The notes: generated from the sequence alone by a model not told the origin. A stretch of 64,000 bases of DNA from an uncultured Acidobacteriota bacterium (GCA_963803995.1 CAWDOT010000012.1:140822-204821), one strand, 5' to 3'; numbered from the stretch's first letter, positions 31,360 to 44,014 are shown. Translations and numbers: made by a program.

Positions 31360-31824
31360 TTGCGGCCCCGGCGCGGTCGTGAAACGCTTTCACACGATGC
31401 ATCCCGGGGCCCGATCCGCTTGACCCTGCGTGTTCATACGCACGAAGCGATCTCGCACCGCCTCTGCGGGCGGCCGGTCGAGCTCTACCCCGGATTCGCC
31501 GCGGTCGAGATGGAAGCGCCCCCGGAAACCGCCGCGGACGGCCGCGGCCTGGTCCACGGCGGCTTCGTCTTCGGTCTCGCCGACCATGCCGCGATGCTGG
31601 CGGTCGACGAACCGACCGTGGTGCTCGCCGCCGCAGAGGTCAAGTTCCTGATGCCGGTGGCGGTGGGCGAAACGCTGCGCGCCGAGGCCCTGCTCGAGAT
31701 GCGCAACGGCCGCCGCGCCACCGTGCGCGCCTGGGTGCGCCGGGGCGGCGACGAGGTCCTGACCGCAGTCTTCCGCTGCGCGGTTCCCGCGCGCCACGTG
31801 CTGGAGCCGAAGGAGACGGAGTGA
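31360..31824 (+). CDS. PaaI/hotdog-fold thioesterase
   Basis: Hotdog core [19 protein letters not shown]...[19 protein letters not shown]. The start is uncertain (TTG 31360 or TTG 31420). The stop overlaps the next GTG start (GTGA). Confidence 0.7.
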   Translation: MRPRRGRETLSHDASRGPIRLTLRVHTHEAISHRLCGRPVELYPGFAAVEMEAPPETAADGRGLVHGGFVFGLADHAAMLAVDEPTVVLAAAEVKFLMPVAVGETLRAEALLEMRNGRRATVRAWVRRGGDEVLTAVFRCAVPARHVLEPKETE

Positions 31825-33574
31825 GCGACCCGCCCGCGCACGGCGGAGAGCGGGTCGCGGCAGCCCTCGCGCGGCACGGCGTCGAGACCCTCTTCACGCT
31901 CTGCGGCGGGCACATCTCGCCGATCCTGGTGGCGGCGAAGGCGCGCGGCCTCGCCGTCGTCGACGTCCGCCACGAGGCCGACGCGGTGTTCGCCGCCGAC
32001 GCCACCGCGCGCCTGACCGGGCGCCCCGGCGTGGCCGCCGTCACCGCCGGGCCCGGGAATCACCAACAGCGTCACCGCGCTGCAGAACGCGCGCATGGCG
32101 CAGTCGCCGGTCGTCCTGCTCGGCGGCGCCACCGCGACCGTGCTCAAGGGGCGGGGCTCGCTCCAGGACATCGACCAGCAGGCGCTCGCAGCGCCGCTCG
32201 TCAAGTGGCAGGCGAGCGCGGCGACGGTCGGCGAGCTCGCGCCGCTGGTCGAGCGCGCGCTCTGGATCGCGCGCGAGGGCGTGCCCGGTCCGGTCTTCGT
32301 CGAGTGCCCGGTCGACCTGCTCTTCCCGGAGGCGGTCGCGCGCGAGTGGTACGGGATCGAACCGAAGCCGGGAGAGAAGGCGCCCGGTCTCGGCAAGCGC
32401 CTCGAACGGCTCTATCTCCGCCAGCACCTGCGCCGGATCTTCCGCGCGAGCGACGCGCCGGCCGCCGCTCCGCTCGCGGCGCCGGCGCCGCCGCCGGACG
32501 CCTGGGCGGTGCGCCGCGCGGCGCGGGCGCTCGCGCGGGCCGCCCGCCCCGTGGCGGTGGTCGGCAGCCAGGCGACGCTCGCCGCCGCCGAGGTGGGGGA
32601 GCTCGCCGCCGCGCTCGAGCGGCTCGGCATCCCCGTCTACCTCTCGGGCGGCGCGCGCGGGCTGCTCGGCGCACGCCACCCGCTGCTCCTTCGCCACCGC
32701 CGCAAGGAGGCGCTGCGCGAAGCCGACTGCGTGCTGCTCGCCGGCGTCCCCTGCGACTTCCGGCTCGACTACGGCCGCTCGATCCCCCGCCGCGCGACGC
32801 TGGTCGCCGCCAACCGGAGCCGCGCCGATCTCGTCCTCAACCGGCGGCCCGACATCGGCTCGCTGGGCGACGCGGCGCTCTTCGTGCGCGCCCTCGCCGA
32901 GCGGATGGAAGCCCGCGCGGCCTGGGGCGGCTGGCTCGACACCCTGCGCGCGCGCGACGACGAGCGCGAGGCCGAGATCGCGAAGCGCGCCGAGGACCCG
33001 GGCACGGGCGGCGTGAACCCGCTGCGCCTGCTCACCGAGCTCGACGCCTTCCTCGACGAGCGCGCGGTGCTGGTGGCCGACGGCGGCGACTTCGTCGGCA
33101 CCGCCGCCTACACGGTGCGCCCCCGCTCGCCGCTCTCCTGGCTCGACCCGGGCGCCTTCGGCACGCTGGGCGTCGGCGGCGGCTTCGCGCTGGGCGCCCG
33201 CATGGCCCGGCGCGACGCCGAGGTCTGGGTGCTCTGGGGCGACGGCTCGGCGGCCTACAGCCTGATGGAGTACGACACCTTCGTCCGCCACGGCCTGCCG
33301 GTGATCGGCCTGGTCGGCAACGACGCCGCCTGGGGGCAGATCGCGCGCGACCAGATCGAGATCCTCGGCGACGACGTCGGCACCGTGCTCGCGGCGACCG
33401 ACTACCACCTGCGCCGCGGAGGCGCTGGGCGGCGTCGGCCTGCTGCTCGACCGCGCCGGCGCGATCGGCGAGACCTTCGCCGAGGCGCGCCGCCAGGCCA
33501 ACGCCGGCCGCGCCGTCCTGATCAACGCCCGCCTCGCCCCATCCGACTTCCGCAAGGGCTCGATCTCGCTCTAG
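31821..33574 (+). pseudogene. Thiamine-diphosphate-dependent enzyme (acetolactate-synthase-like), two frameshifts
   Basis: N-terminal Pyr domain [17 protein letters not shown] +1 at about 32058 turns [14 protein letters not shown] into GPGNHQQ. The ThDP motif [34 protein letters not shown] is present. A second shift at about 33412 restores ...[28 protein letters not shown]...FRKGSISL-stop (33572-33574). Confidence 0.8.
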
Positions 33575-34445
33575 CTTCCGGCGCGGCCGCGCGCCGGTCG
33601 ACGACCGCGCGCGCGAGGATCGCGCCGATCAGGACGGTGCCGCCGACGATCGCGAGACCGCTCGGCCGCTCGCCGTGGAGCCACCAGGTCCAGACCGGAT
33701 TGAGCACCGGCTCGAGCAGCACGAGCAGCGAGACCTCGAGCGCGGGCAGGTGCGCGAGGCCGCGGGTGAAGAGCTGATAGGCGAGCGCGATCTGGATGGT
33801 GCCGAGGTAGAGGATCGCGCCGGCGTCGCCCCCGGTGAAGCGCTCGACCGGCAGCGCCACCGGCAGGCAGGCGAGGAAGGCGATGCCGTTGCCCAGCACG
33901 GTCGCCTGGAGCGAGCGATCGGCCGGTCCGCCGCTCTTCGCCAGCCGCCGCATCAGGATCATCAGCAGCGCGTAGGCGAGCCCCGAGGCGAGCGCGATGG
34001 CGTTGCCGAGGAGCGGCCGGGGCGCGGTGGCGGCGACGTCGCGCGAGCCGAGGAAGACGAGGACGAGGCCGGCGGTGACCGTCGCCAGCAGCGGCAGGTC
34101 GCGGCGCCGGAAGGGCTCGTCGAGCAGCCAGGGCGCCAGCAGCACGACCCAGAGCGGCGCGGTGGACTGCAGGAAGATCGCCGCCGCCGCGGTGGTCAGC
34201 TTGGTCGCGGTGACGAAACAGACGAGCGTCGCCGCGTAGGCGATGGCGGCCGGGAAGAGGTCGGCGCGGTAGCCGCGGCGGGCGGCCGGCAGGCAGACCA
34301 GCAGGACGAGCGCCGCCACCGCCGAGCGGAAGCCGGCGACCTGGAAGCCGGTGAGCGTGGTGCCCTTGATCGCCGCGCCGCCGGTCGAGAAGAGGAGCGC
34401 GGCGCCGAGCACGGCGAGGCGGGCGCGCGTCAGGGCGGCGGACAC
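33522..34445 (-). CDS. DMT-superfamily (EamA) transporter
   Basis: 307 aa with 10 TM helices in two EamA halves (LAVLGAALLFSTGGAAIK..., FLQSTAPLWVVLLAPWLL...). The 3' end overlaps the convergent ThDP gene by ~50 nt. Confidence 0.8.
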   Translation of the reverse strand: MSAALTRARLAVLGAALLFSTGGAAIKGTTLTGFQVAGFRSAVAALVLLVCLPAARRGYRADLFPAAIAYAATLVCFVTATKLTTAAAAIFLQSTAPLWVVLLAPWLLDEPFRRRDLPLLATVTAGLVLVFLGSRDVAATAPRPLLGNAIALASGLAYALLMILMRRLAKSGGPADRSLQATVLGNGIAFLACLPVALPVERFTGGDAGAILYLGTIQIALAYQLFTRGLAHLPALEVSLLVLLEPVLNPVWTWWLHGERPSGLAIVGGTVLIGAILARAVVDRRAAAPEARARSSPCGSRMGRGGR

Positions 34446-34487
34446 GGCGGCATCCTATCGCCGCCGCTGTGATGGAATGCCGGCGCG

Positions 34488-35282
34488 ATGTTCCCGCTGC
34501 GCGACGACATCCCGAGCCGGCGCGCGTCGATCGTCACCTGGGCCGTCGTCGGCGCGAACGTGCTGGTCTTCGTCTACCAGCTCACGCTGCCCGAACAGGG
34601 GATCCAGCAGCTCTTCTACCTGTTCGGCATCGTTCCTGCGCGCTTCGTCCATCCGGCCTGGGCGGAGCGGGTCGGATTCCCGGACGCCAGCCTGCTGCCC
34701 TTCTTCACCAGCATGTTCCTGCACGGCGGCTTCTTCCACGTCCTGTCGAACATGTGGTCGCTCTGGATCTTCGGGGACAACGTGGAGGACCGGATGGGGC
34801 GCTTCCGGTTCCTGTCCTTCTACCTGCTGTGCGGGCTCGCCGCCGGTTTCACCCACGCGCTGACCAATCCGAACTCCGCGATTCCCACGGTGGGAGCTTC
34901 GGGAGCGATCGCGGGCGTGCTCGGGGCCTATCTGCGCTGGTACCCGCACGCGCGGGTGCTGACGCTGATCCCGATCTTCTTCTACCCGCTCTTCGTCCAC
35001 CTGCCGGCCCTGGTCTACCTCGGCCTCTGGTTCGTCTCGCAGCTCTTCTCGGGGACGATGTCGCTCGCGGGGCCCGGAGCGGTGGGCGGCGTCGCCTGGT
35101 GGGCGCACATCGGGGGCTTCGTCGCGGGCTTCCTGCTCTGCGGGTTCTTCTCGCGCCACGACCCCGACCAGCTGCCCGGACCGCGGCGCCACGTCCTCTA
35201 TCCCGTGGCGCCCCGATCCGGAGCCTGGCGGGCGCCACGCCCGTCGGGCGACGACGACCTCGACCGCCGCCTGCGGCTCTGA
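34488..35282 (+). CDS. Rhomboid family intramembrane serine protease
   Basis: 264 aa. Rhomboid motifs HGGFFHVLSNMWSLWIFG, GASGAIAGVLGAY (catalytic Ser) and AHIGGFVAG (His). Confidence 0.9.
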   Translation: MFPLRDDIPSRRASIVTWAVVGANVLVFVYQLTLPEQGIQQLFYLFGIVPARFVHPAWAERVGFPDASLLPFFTSMFLHGGFFHVLSNMWSLWIFGDNVEDRMGRFRFLSFYLLCGLAAGFTHALTNPNSAIPTVGASGAIAGVLGAYLRWYPHARVLTLIPIFFYPLFVHLPALVYLGLWFVSQLFSGTMSLAGPGAVGGVAWWAHIGGFVAGFLLCGFFSRHDPDQLPGPRRHVLYPVAPRSGAWRAPRPSGDDDLDRRLRL

Positions 35283-35289
35283 CCCGGCT

Positions 35290-36235
35290 TCAGGCTTCGT
35301 TCGCGCCCGAAAGGAGCCGGGCGTAGAGGGCGGGATCGACATTGCCGCCGGAGACGACGCAGGCGACGCGGCGGCCGCGGAAACGGTCCGGAGCGGTCAG
35401 CAGGGCGCCGACGCCGAGCGCGCCGGTCGGCTCCGCCTTGAGATTGGCGTCGAGGAAGAGCCGGCGCACCCCCTCGGCGATCCCCTCTTCCGGGACCTCG
35501 ATCACCCCGGCCAGGCCGTGGCGCAGGATCTCCCAGTTGTGCCGTCCGAGCGAGAGCGTGCGGGCGCCGTCGGCGAGCGTCGGCGGCTCGGACTCGTTCG
35601 GCACGATCTTCCCGGCCGCGAACGAGCGCGCGGCGTCGTTCGCCAGCAGCGGCTCGGCGCCCCAGACGCGCGCCGACGAGCCCCCTTCCCGCAGGCCGAC
35701 GACCATGCCCGACGAGAGACCGCCCCCGCCGAGCGGGACGAGGACGTCGTCGAGCTCGGCGCCGGCCGCGACCTCGTGGCCGAGGGAGGCGTTGCCGGCG
35801 ATGACCAGCGGATCGTCGTAGGCGCTCGCGACGTACGCTTCCGGGATCGGCGGCGGCGAGCTCGGCGACCCGCGCGGCGCGGCCCCGAACGCGGGTGTCG
35901 AGCAGGTCGACCGTCGCGCCGTGCGCGCGGACCGCGTCGATCTTCACCTGCGCCGAGGTCGCCGGCATCACCACCGTGCAGCCCTTGTGGAGACGGCGGC
36001 AGGCGGCGGCCATCGCCTGTCCGAAGTTGCCGGACGAGGCCGCGATCACCCGCGGGTGCGGGATCGAGCGGGCGACGTTGTAGGCCGCGCGGAACTTGAA
36101 GCTGCCGGTGTGCTGGAAGGTCTCGACCACCAGCGTCAGCCGGCAGCCGAGCGCCGCGCCGAGGCGGTCGGCCGGCAGCAGCAGCGTCGGCCGCGCCGCG
36201 GCGGAGAGCGAGGGAGGCACCTCGTGGAGCGCCAT
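35290..36235 (-). pseudogene. PLP-dependent threonine/serine dehydratase-like enzyme, one frameshift
   Basis: ATG at 36235 (MALHEVPP). PLP-Lys block HTGSFKFRAAYN. A 1-nt insertion at about 35833 (AADPEAYVASAYDDPLVIAGNASLG is read as AADPGSVR). Gly loop PLGGGGLSSG, and the C-terminal part equals ORF 35290..35706. Confidence 0.8.
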
Positions 36236-36261
36236 GGTCCGGCCGACGATACCAGCGCCGC

Positions 36262-37591
36262 TCAGGTCAGGCTCTGCTGGCGGACGGTGAGCTCGAACTC
36301 GAGCAGGCCGGCCCGGAAGCGGTCGCCGGGGCGCAGCCGCGCCGAGCGCACGCGCTCCTCGCGCAGGTAGACGCCGTTGGTCGAACCGAGGTCGACGAGA
36401 TACGCGACGCCCTCGTCGAGAACGACGCGGAAGTGCTGCGACGACATGCGTCGGGTCCTGGAAGGCGAGCGTATTGCGCTGGGCGTCGCGGCCGATCGAC
36501 ACCGCCTGCTGCGGCGGCAGGCGGAAGCGGCGCGCCTCGTGGCCGTGCTCGCGCACCGTCAGCACGATCTCCTCGGTCAGCACCAGCGTGCGCTCGAACG
36601 GGTCGAGTCGCGGCAGGCTCTCGAACGCGGCGGTCTCGTCGAAGGAGATCTCGAACAGCTGGCCCGAACGCACCACGGGCTTCGCCAGGAGATCGCCCTC
36701 GAGCTCGGGGTCGAGCGGCGGCGCCTGCGACGCGGGAGTCGCGGCGAGTGCGCCGCCCGGCGCCGAGGGCATCGGAATTCCCGGTGCGGTGCCGACGTCC
36801 GGGAGAGCGTCCGTAGCTTCCTCGGTCCGCGGACGCCGGCGGGCGAGCCAGAATCCGAGCCACCCCGCGACGCCGGCCACGAGCAGGGCCAGGAGCCAGG
36901 GCCAGGTGCTCGACTCCGGCGCCGGCGGCGGTGCCGGGACCGGCGCCGGCGTTGCGGCCGGCGGCGGCGGCGCCTGCACGGCGGCGCGCGCCCGACGCTC
37001 GTCGGTGATCTCCTCGCGCAGCCGGCCGACCTCCGCGGCCACGCGCTCGGCGTCTACCGCCTGCAGCGGACCCGTGTAGGCGCCACCGGTGAGCAGCGCG
37101 AGCCGCCGCAGCGCCCGTTCGTCGGCGCGACCCGCGCCGACCGCGGCGATCCGCACGCCGGCATCGCGCGCCAGCCGGGCGACGTCCTCGAGCGTGGTCG
37201 CCGAGTTCTCGTCCTTGCCGTCCGAGATCACGACCAGCGCGCCGCCGCCGCCGAGCGTCCGCACGGCCTCGACCAGCGCGTCGTGGAGGACGGTGAAGCG
37301 GCCGCGGGGGGTGATCGAATCGAGGCTCTCGCCGGAGGCGCCGGGGCCGGTCGACAGCCAGCGCACCTCGTCGTCGAAGGTCAGGACCGCGAGCGGGGTC
37401 CCGGCCGGGAGGCGCGCAGTGAGGTCGCGCACGAGGGCAACCGCCGCCGCGCTCTCGGCGGGTGACAGCGAGCGGCTCGAATCGAGCGCGACCACCACGG
37501 CCGGGGCATCCTCCGCGGCGGGCGCGGGCAGGAGCGGCGAGGCGAGGAGCAGGCCGGAGAGGACGAAGAACGGCGCGCGGGTCGATGACAT
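36262..37591 (-). pseudogene. Membrane protein with extracytoplasmic vWA domain and cytoplasmic FHA domain, one frameshift
   Basis: ATG 37591 with a signal peptide. vWA MIDAS VVVALDSSRSLS, a Pro/Ala linker, TM WPWLLALLVAGVAGWLGFWLA, and FHA VSIGRDAQRNTLAF.../SSQHFRVVLDEGVAYLVDLGSTNGVYL. The shift at about 36448 falls inside the FHA domain. Confidence 0.75.
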
Positions 37592-37745
37592 CGGGCGGCC
37601 CTCCGGAGCCGAGTGTACCGGTCTCGCCTGGACCCCGCCCCGCCCCAAGCGGCGGGCCGGAGCCGCGATAGGATTGGCGCCGGCGCGCCCGGGTCCCGGT
37701 CCGCTGGAGGCCGCCGCCGCACCGCCCGATTCCCAAGGAGGCTCG

Positions 37746-39854
<2,109 letters not shown>

Positions 39855-39893
39855 CCCCGCCTTCGCCACCGCCCCCGCCCCGAAGGGGAACCT

Positions 39894-39932
39894 GGGGACA
39901 GGCACCCGCGGTGCCTGTCCCCGTTTCTTTTC
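39894..39932 (+). terminator. Rho-independent terminator after the S9 peptidase gene
   Basis: GGGGACAGGCACC-CGC-GGTGCCTGTCCCC, a perfect 13-bp stem, followed by GTTTCTTTTC. It begins 40 nt after the stop codon. Confidence 0.8.
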
Positions 39933-39952
39933 AGCAGAAGCCGGAGGCCAGG

Positions 39953-40260
39953 AGCTAGAAGCTAGAAGCTAAAAGCTAAAAGCTAAAAGCGAAAAGCAAA
40001 AGCTCCAGTTAAGGGGTTGTGGGCGGGGCGTCCGTGGCTCGATCTGGCAGCGGTGGCGCCGCTGAGGTCGCGAGGTGCGGCGGGAGGCTTCTCGAGGACG
40101 AGCGGTCTCGGGCGGCCACGGCCGCTCGATGGAGCCACCATCGCCACGCCCACAACCCCTTAACTGGAGCTTTTGCTGTTTTCCTTTTTCTTTGCTCTCT
40201 GCCTTGGGCGTCCTGGCTTCGAGGCAGGCCCTGGAGCTCTCTGTCTCGGCGGTTCTTCTC
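39953..40260. repeat. Long-hairpin repeat element, copy C, with perfect 30-bp terminal inverted repeats
   Basis: GCAAAAGCTCCAGTTAAGGGGTTGTGGGCG (39996-40025) and its exact reverse complement (40147-40176). It is preceded by seven tandem 7-mers GCTARAA (39954-40002) and followed by a CT-only tract. Confidence 0.9.
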
Positions 40261-40268
40261 TCTGGGCG

Positions 40269-41196
40269 CTAGTCCCGGTAGATCTCGTCGAGCGTCTCGC
40301 GCTGGCGGCGGAAGAGCAGGCCGACGAAGTGGGCGGAGAGGACGAGGGCGTAGGCGCCGAGGGCCCTGTTGATCAGGCCGCCGAGGAGCGGCAGGGGCGC
40401 GAGGATGGCGCCGAGCAGGATGCGGGTCGCGACCAGGAGGAGGACGATGCCGACCGTGGCCAGGCCCTGCGGGCCGGCCTTCGAGAGCAGCGCCTCGAGG
40501 TGCAGATCGACGCGGAAGCAGAGCCAGCCGCTGGCCTGTGCGCCGGTCGCGCCGAACGCGAAGACCCCGAGACAGAGCCCGATCCCGAGCGCGACGAGCA
40601 GGAGGAGGACGTCGCCGCGCGTCTGCGGTGCCCTCGATCAGCGCGAGCGGCGAGAAGTCGGTGACACGGGTCATCACCCAGGCGGGAAGCAGGGTGATGA
40701 CGGCGATGAAGAGGAACTGCACCATCTCCCCGAGGCGCTTGCCCGGCTCCGCGTAGTCGGGCCAGTCGGGCAGCTCGTCGTCGCCCTCGGCCGTGGTGCG
40801 GACGATCTCGAGCAGGAGCCCGGGCAGCAGGAGCGCGACGAGGGCCTGGACCAGGAGGCCCGCGAGGGCGTTGAGCAGCGTGGCGGCGGTGACCGTGAGC
40901 GCCCAGGCCGGCACGAGGTAGCGGCCGAGGCCGCGGAACGGGTAGAGCAGCGCGTCGGCGAAGCCGTAGGGGCGGTCGAGGCGGCGCTTCCGGACGTAGG
41001 CATTCGTCGCCGCGGGGGCTTCGGCGTCGAGCGGCAGCGCCCGCTCGCGGCAGTGGCGGCAGAGGAAGAGTCGATGGCCGGTTTCCACGCAGTCGGGGCA
41101 GAGCCGCCGCTTGCAGGAGGGACAACGGAACTCGGCAGGGCGGTCGGGGTGGGTCGTGCAGGGCGGCGGGACCAAGGACTGCAATCCTGACAGCAA
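40269..41196 (-). pseudogene. B-box-type zinc-finger membrane protein, one frameshift
   Basis: TTG start at 41196 (start uncertain). Cys/His cluster CTTHPDRPAEFRCPSCKRRLCPDCVETGHRLFLCRHC, followed by several TM helices. A shift at about 40625 precedes the last helices (...LLLLVALGIGLCLGVFAFG...LFRRQRETLDEIYRD-stop 40269-40271). Confidence 0.65.
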
Positions 41197-41202
41197 ACAG
41201 AA

Positions 41203-41230
41203 GGGGCGTGACGGTCGCCCGTCACGCCCC
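41203..41230 (-). terminator. Hairpin downstream of the metalloprotease gene (probable terminator)
   Basis: GGGGCGTGACGG-TCGC-CCGTCACGCCCC, a perfect 12-bp stem, 48 nt after the stop at 41278. On the minus strand it is followed by TTCTGTTTGCT. Confidence 0.55.
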
Positions 41231-41277
41231 GGTGCGCCCCGGGCCCGCCCGGAGGGCGAGCCGCGGTCAGATCCCGG

Positions 41278-43612
41278 CTAGTTGCAGGGGAATCCGTCGC
41301 TGGTTCCGGTCGCGCCGATCGTCTGCGGATAGGAGCCGAGCGGATTGATGTAGTGCCGGACAGCGGAGCCGGCGGTGTCGCTGATCGTGACGTCGAAGCC
41401 CTGGTTGGTCAGGCCCGAGACGAACACCCAGTAGGCGTTGAACGGCGGCACGCAGGCGTCCACCATCTTCACGCCCATCTCGAAGTTCGCCGGGTCGAAG
41501 AACCACCAGAACGACGACTGGTCGGACGAGGCTCGCTGGCCGCCGAAGCTCATCACCTGAGCCGCGCCGGAGTCGGAGACCGTCGTCCAGTCGACCTCGA
41601 CCTGGAACCGGCCGCCCAGATGGCAGGCGGTGTCGGCGTCCGCGACGCAGGCCGTCGTGGCGTTCTCCGCCGTCGGCGCCAGCTTGCCGAGCAGCGAATC
41701 GCCGAGCGGGTCGATCGGCGTCGAGCCGAGAACCTTGCGGACCTGGGCCTCGGTCGGCTTCTCGTAGCGGGCGCCGGAGCCCGGCGTGCAGTCGAAGCCG
41801 GTGACGCCGTCGGTCGCGCCGATCGTCTGCGGGTAGTTGCCGAGCAGGTTCGGATAGGCGCGGGTCTGGCCCGTGAAGGTGTCGAGGATGGTGACCGCGT
41901 AGCCCTGGTTGGTCAGCCCCGAGACGAACACCCAGAAGCTGTCGTTGAAGGTGCAGGCGTCGACCATCTTGACGCCCATCTCGAAGTTGGCGTTGTCGAA
42001 GAAGTAGAAGAACGCCGACTGGTCCGACTCGGCGCGCGCGCCGTTGAAGCTCATCACCTGGCCGAGACCGGCAGACGACGCCGTCGTGTAGGCGACGTTG
42101 ACCTGGAAGCGGCCGCCGAGCAGGCAGGCATTCAGGTTCGACGGGCTGCAGGCGAGGTCGGGCCCGTTGATCACGAGGTCGCGCAGCTCGAGGCCGTCGC
42201 TGCGGCGCAGGAAGAGCGCGGGCACCGTGGTGTTGTCGGAGTCGCCGGCCATCGCGACCAAGTCCTCCGGACCGCCCGTCGAGGGAGTCTGCGCTGTTGT
42301 AGACGATCACCGCGGTGGCTCCGGCGGCGAGCGCGTTGTTGAACTTGTCGATGAACGGGCAGTCGTTGCGCTCGATCAGCACGATCTTTCCGGCGACGCT
42401 GTCGATCGCGGAGCAGGCGCGCGCCGGGTTGGCGATGACCACCTGGCCGGTCGGGATGACCGCGTTGTCGCCAAAGACCGGGGCGCCGAACGACGCGGCC
42501 TGCGCCTCCCACTCGCCGCCGCCCTCCGGGAAGAGCGCCTCGACCGAGGGCAGCTTCGCCCAGCCCGCCGACTCGGCCATCACATTGGCGCCGTCCCAGA
42601 CCACGTCCGGTCCGTTGACGATGGAGTCCTCGACGCTCCGCCTTGGTCATCTCGTCGAAGTGCTTGCCGGTCGAGTTGTCGAGAATGAACAGGTCGTAGA
42701 CGCCCGGGTCTTCGCCGCACGAACTCGCCGAAGTCCGGACTCGCCGAGTTGCGGTTGGTGAAGCTCGCGAACCCGATGCCGTGGCCGAGCTCGTGCAGGA
42801 GCACGTTGCTGAAGTTGATCTGGTCGCCGTTGTCGGAGTCCTGGCCGTAGTAGTAGCCGGCGCCGCCCAGGCAACCGTTGTCGTAGTCGATGTTCTCGTT
42901 GACGAAGACGATGATGTCGCCGGTCTCGAGGTCGCCGTCGCCGTCGAAGTCCCCTTCGGGCTTGACGTCCGGATCGCTCGACGACGTGAAGTCCGCCTCC
43001 GCGAGGTGCTCGCCGAGCATGGTGCCGGCCGTGACGTCCTTGCCGTCGAAAACGAAGCCGAAGTAGATGTAGGTCGGGCCGGCGGAGGCGAGCACCGCGC
43101 TCGTGGCGTCGCAGAAGCTGTCCCTGTGGACGGCCAGGACTTTGGTCGGGGTCGTCTTGCCGACCAGGCCGCCCCACTTGGCGAGCGCCTGCTCGAGCGC
43201 GAAGCGGCGCTGTTCGCCGAAGGTGGTCCCGGGGTTGCCCGGAGCCGCGGGCGCCGCGTCCGTCTCGTTGAAGCCGAAGCCCGGCTCGATCGAGGTACTC
43301 GACGGTGAAGTTCGACGTGCCGTCCGGGTAGCAGAGGTCGCGGAACAGCGGCATCGTGAGGTCGGTCTGGTGGAAGCCGAGCAGGTCGCTGATCGCCGGC
43401 CACATGAGCAGCGGCGAGGTGGCGAGGTCCCAGTGCGAGATCGAGGAGCCGCTGGTCGACGGGTTCGGCGCGTAGAGCTGGACGCGGCCGGCCTCGTCGG
43501 CGCCGGCGGGGATCGAGCCGAAGGTCACGACGGCGTCTGCGTAGGCGGTGCCGGCGCCGAGGGCGACGGCGCAGAGGGCGGCGAAAGAGGCGCGGAGGAG
43601 CGGGCGGTTCAT
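41278..43612 (-). pseudogene. Secreted zinc metalloprotease (HExxH) with a PA domain and two C-terminal four-Cys domains, four frameshifts
   Basis: ATG 43612 with a signal peptide (ASFAALCAVALGAGTAYA). Zincin motif VLLHELGHGIGF. PA domain GKIVLIERNDCPFIDKFNNALAAGATAVIVYNS. The two ~120-aa domains lie at 41788-42153 and 41281-41652. Shifts at about 43293, 42720, 42640 and 42265. Confidence 0.75.
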
Positions 43613-43614
43613 CG

Positions 43615-44014
43615 TCACTGCTCCTTGCTCTCGGACTTCGCCGGGGCCTTGGCCTCGGCGAGGAACTCGGCGAACTGACGCGGCGTCGTCGACGCAGCTC
43701 ACCGCCAGGGTGCCGTCCGGATTCCGCTTGGCGACGGCGACCTGGAGGGTCTGGTCGCCGACCTGGAGCTTGCGGACGCCGGCGGCCGCGGGCGCCTGCG
43801 CGCGGACCGTCGTCACGTCCTTGTCGAACTGGACGCGGAAGCTGGCGACCGCCTGCTTCTGGGCCGGGGTCAACTTCGCCTCGACCGCCGCGGCGTTGGC
43901 GGCGGCCTTCTCGCGCGCGCTCGGCGCGTCGTCGGCGAGGGCGGGCAGGGTCCACCCGGCCAGGGCCAGGGCGAGACCGAGGAATGTTGCGACTCTCGAA
44001 GCTCTGCTTCTCAC
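43615..44014 (-). pseudogene. Small secreted hypothetical protein, one frameshift
   Basis: GTG 44014 preceded by GAGGAGG. Signal peptide VATFLGLALALAGWTLPALA. A shift at about 43680 restores the tail QFAEFLAEAKAPAKSESKEQ-stop, which ends 2 nt before the metalloprotease ATG. Confidence 0.55.
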
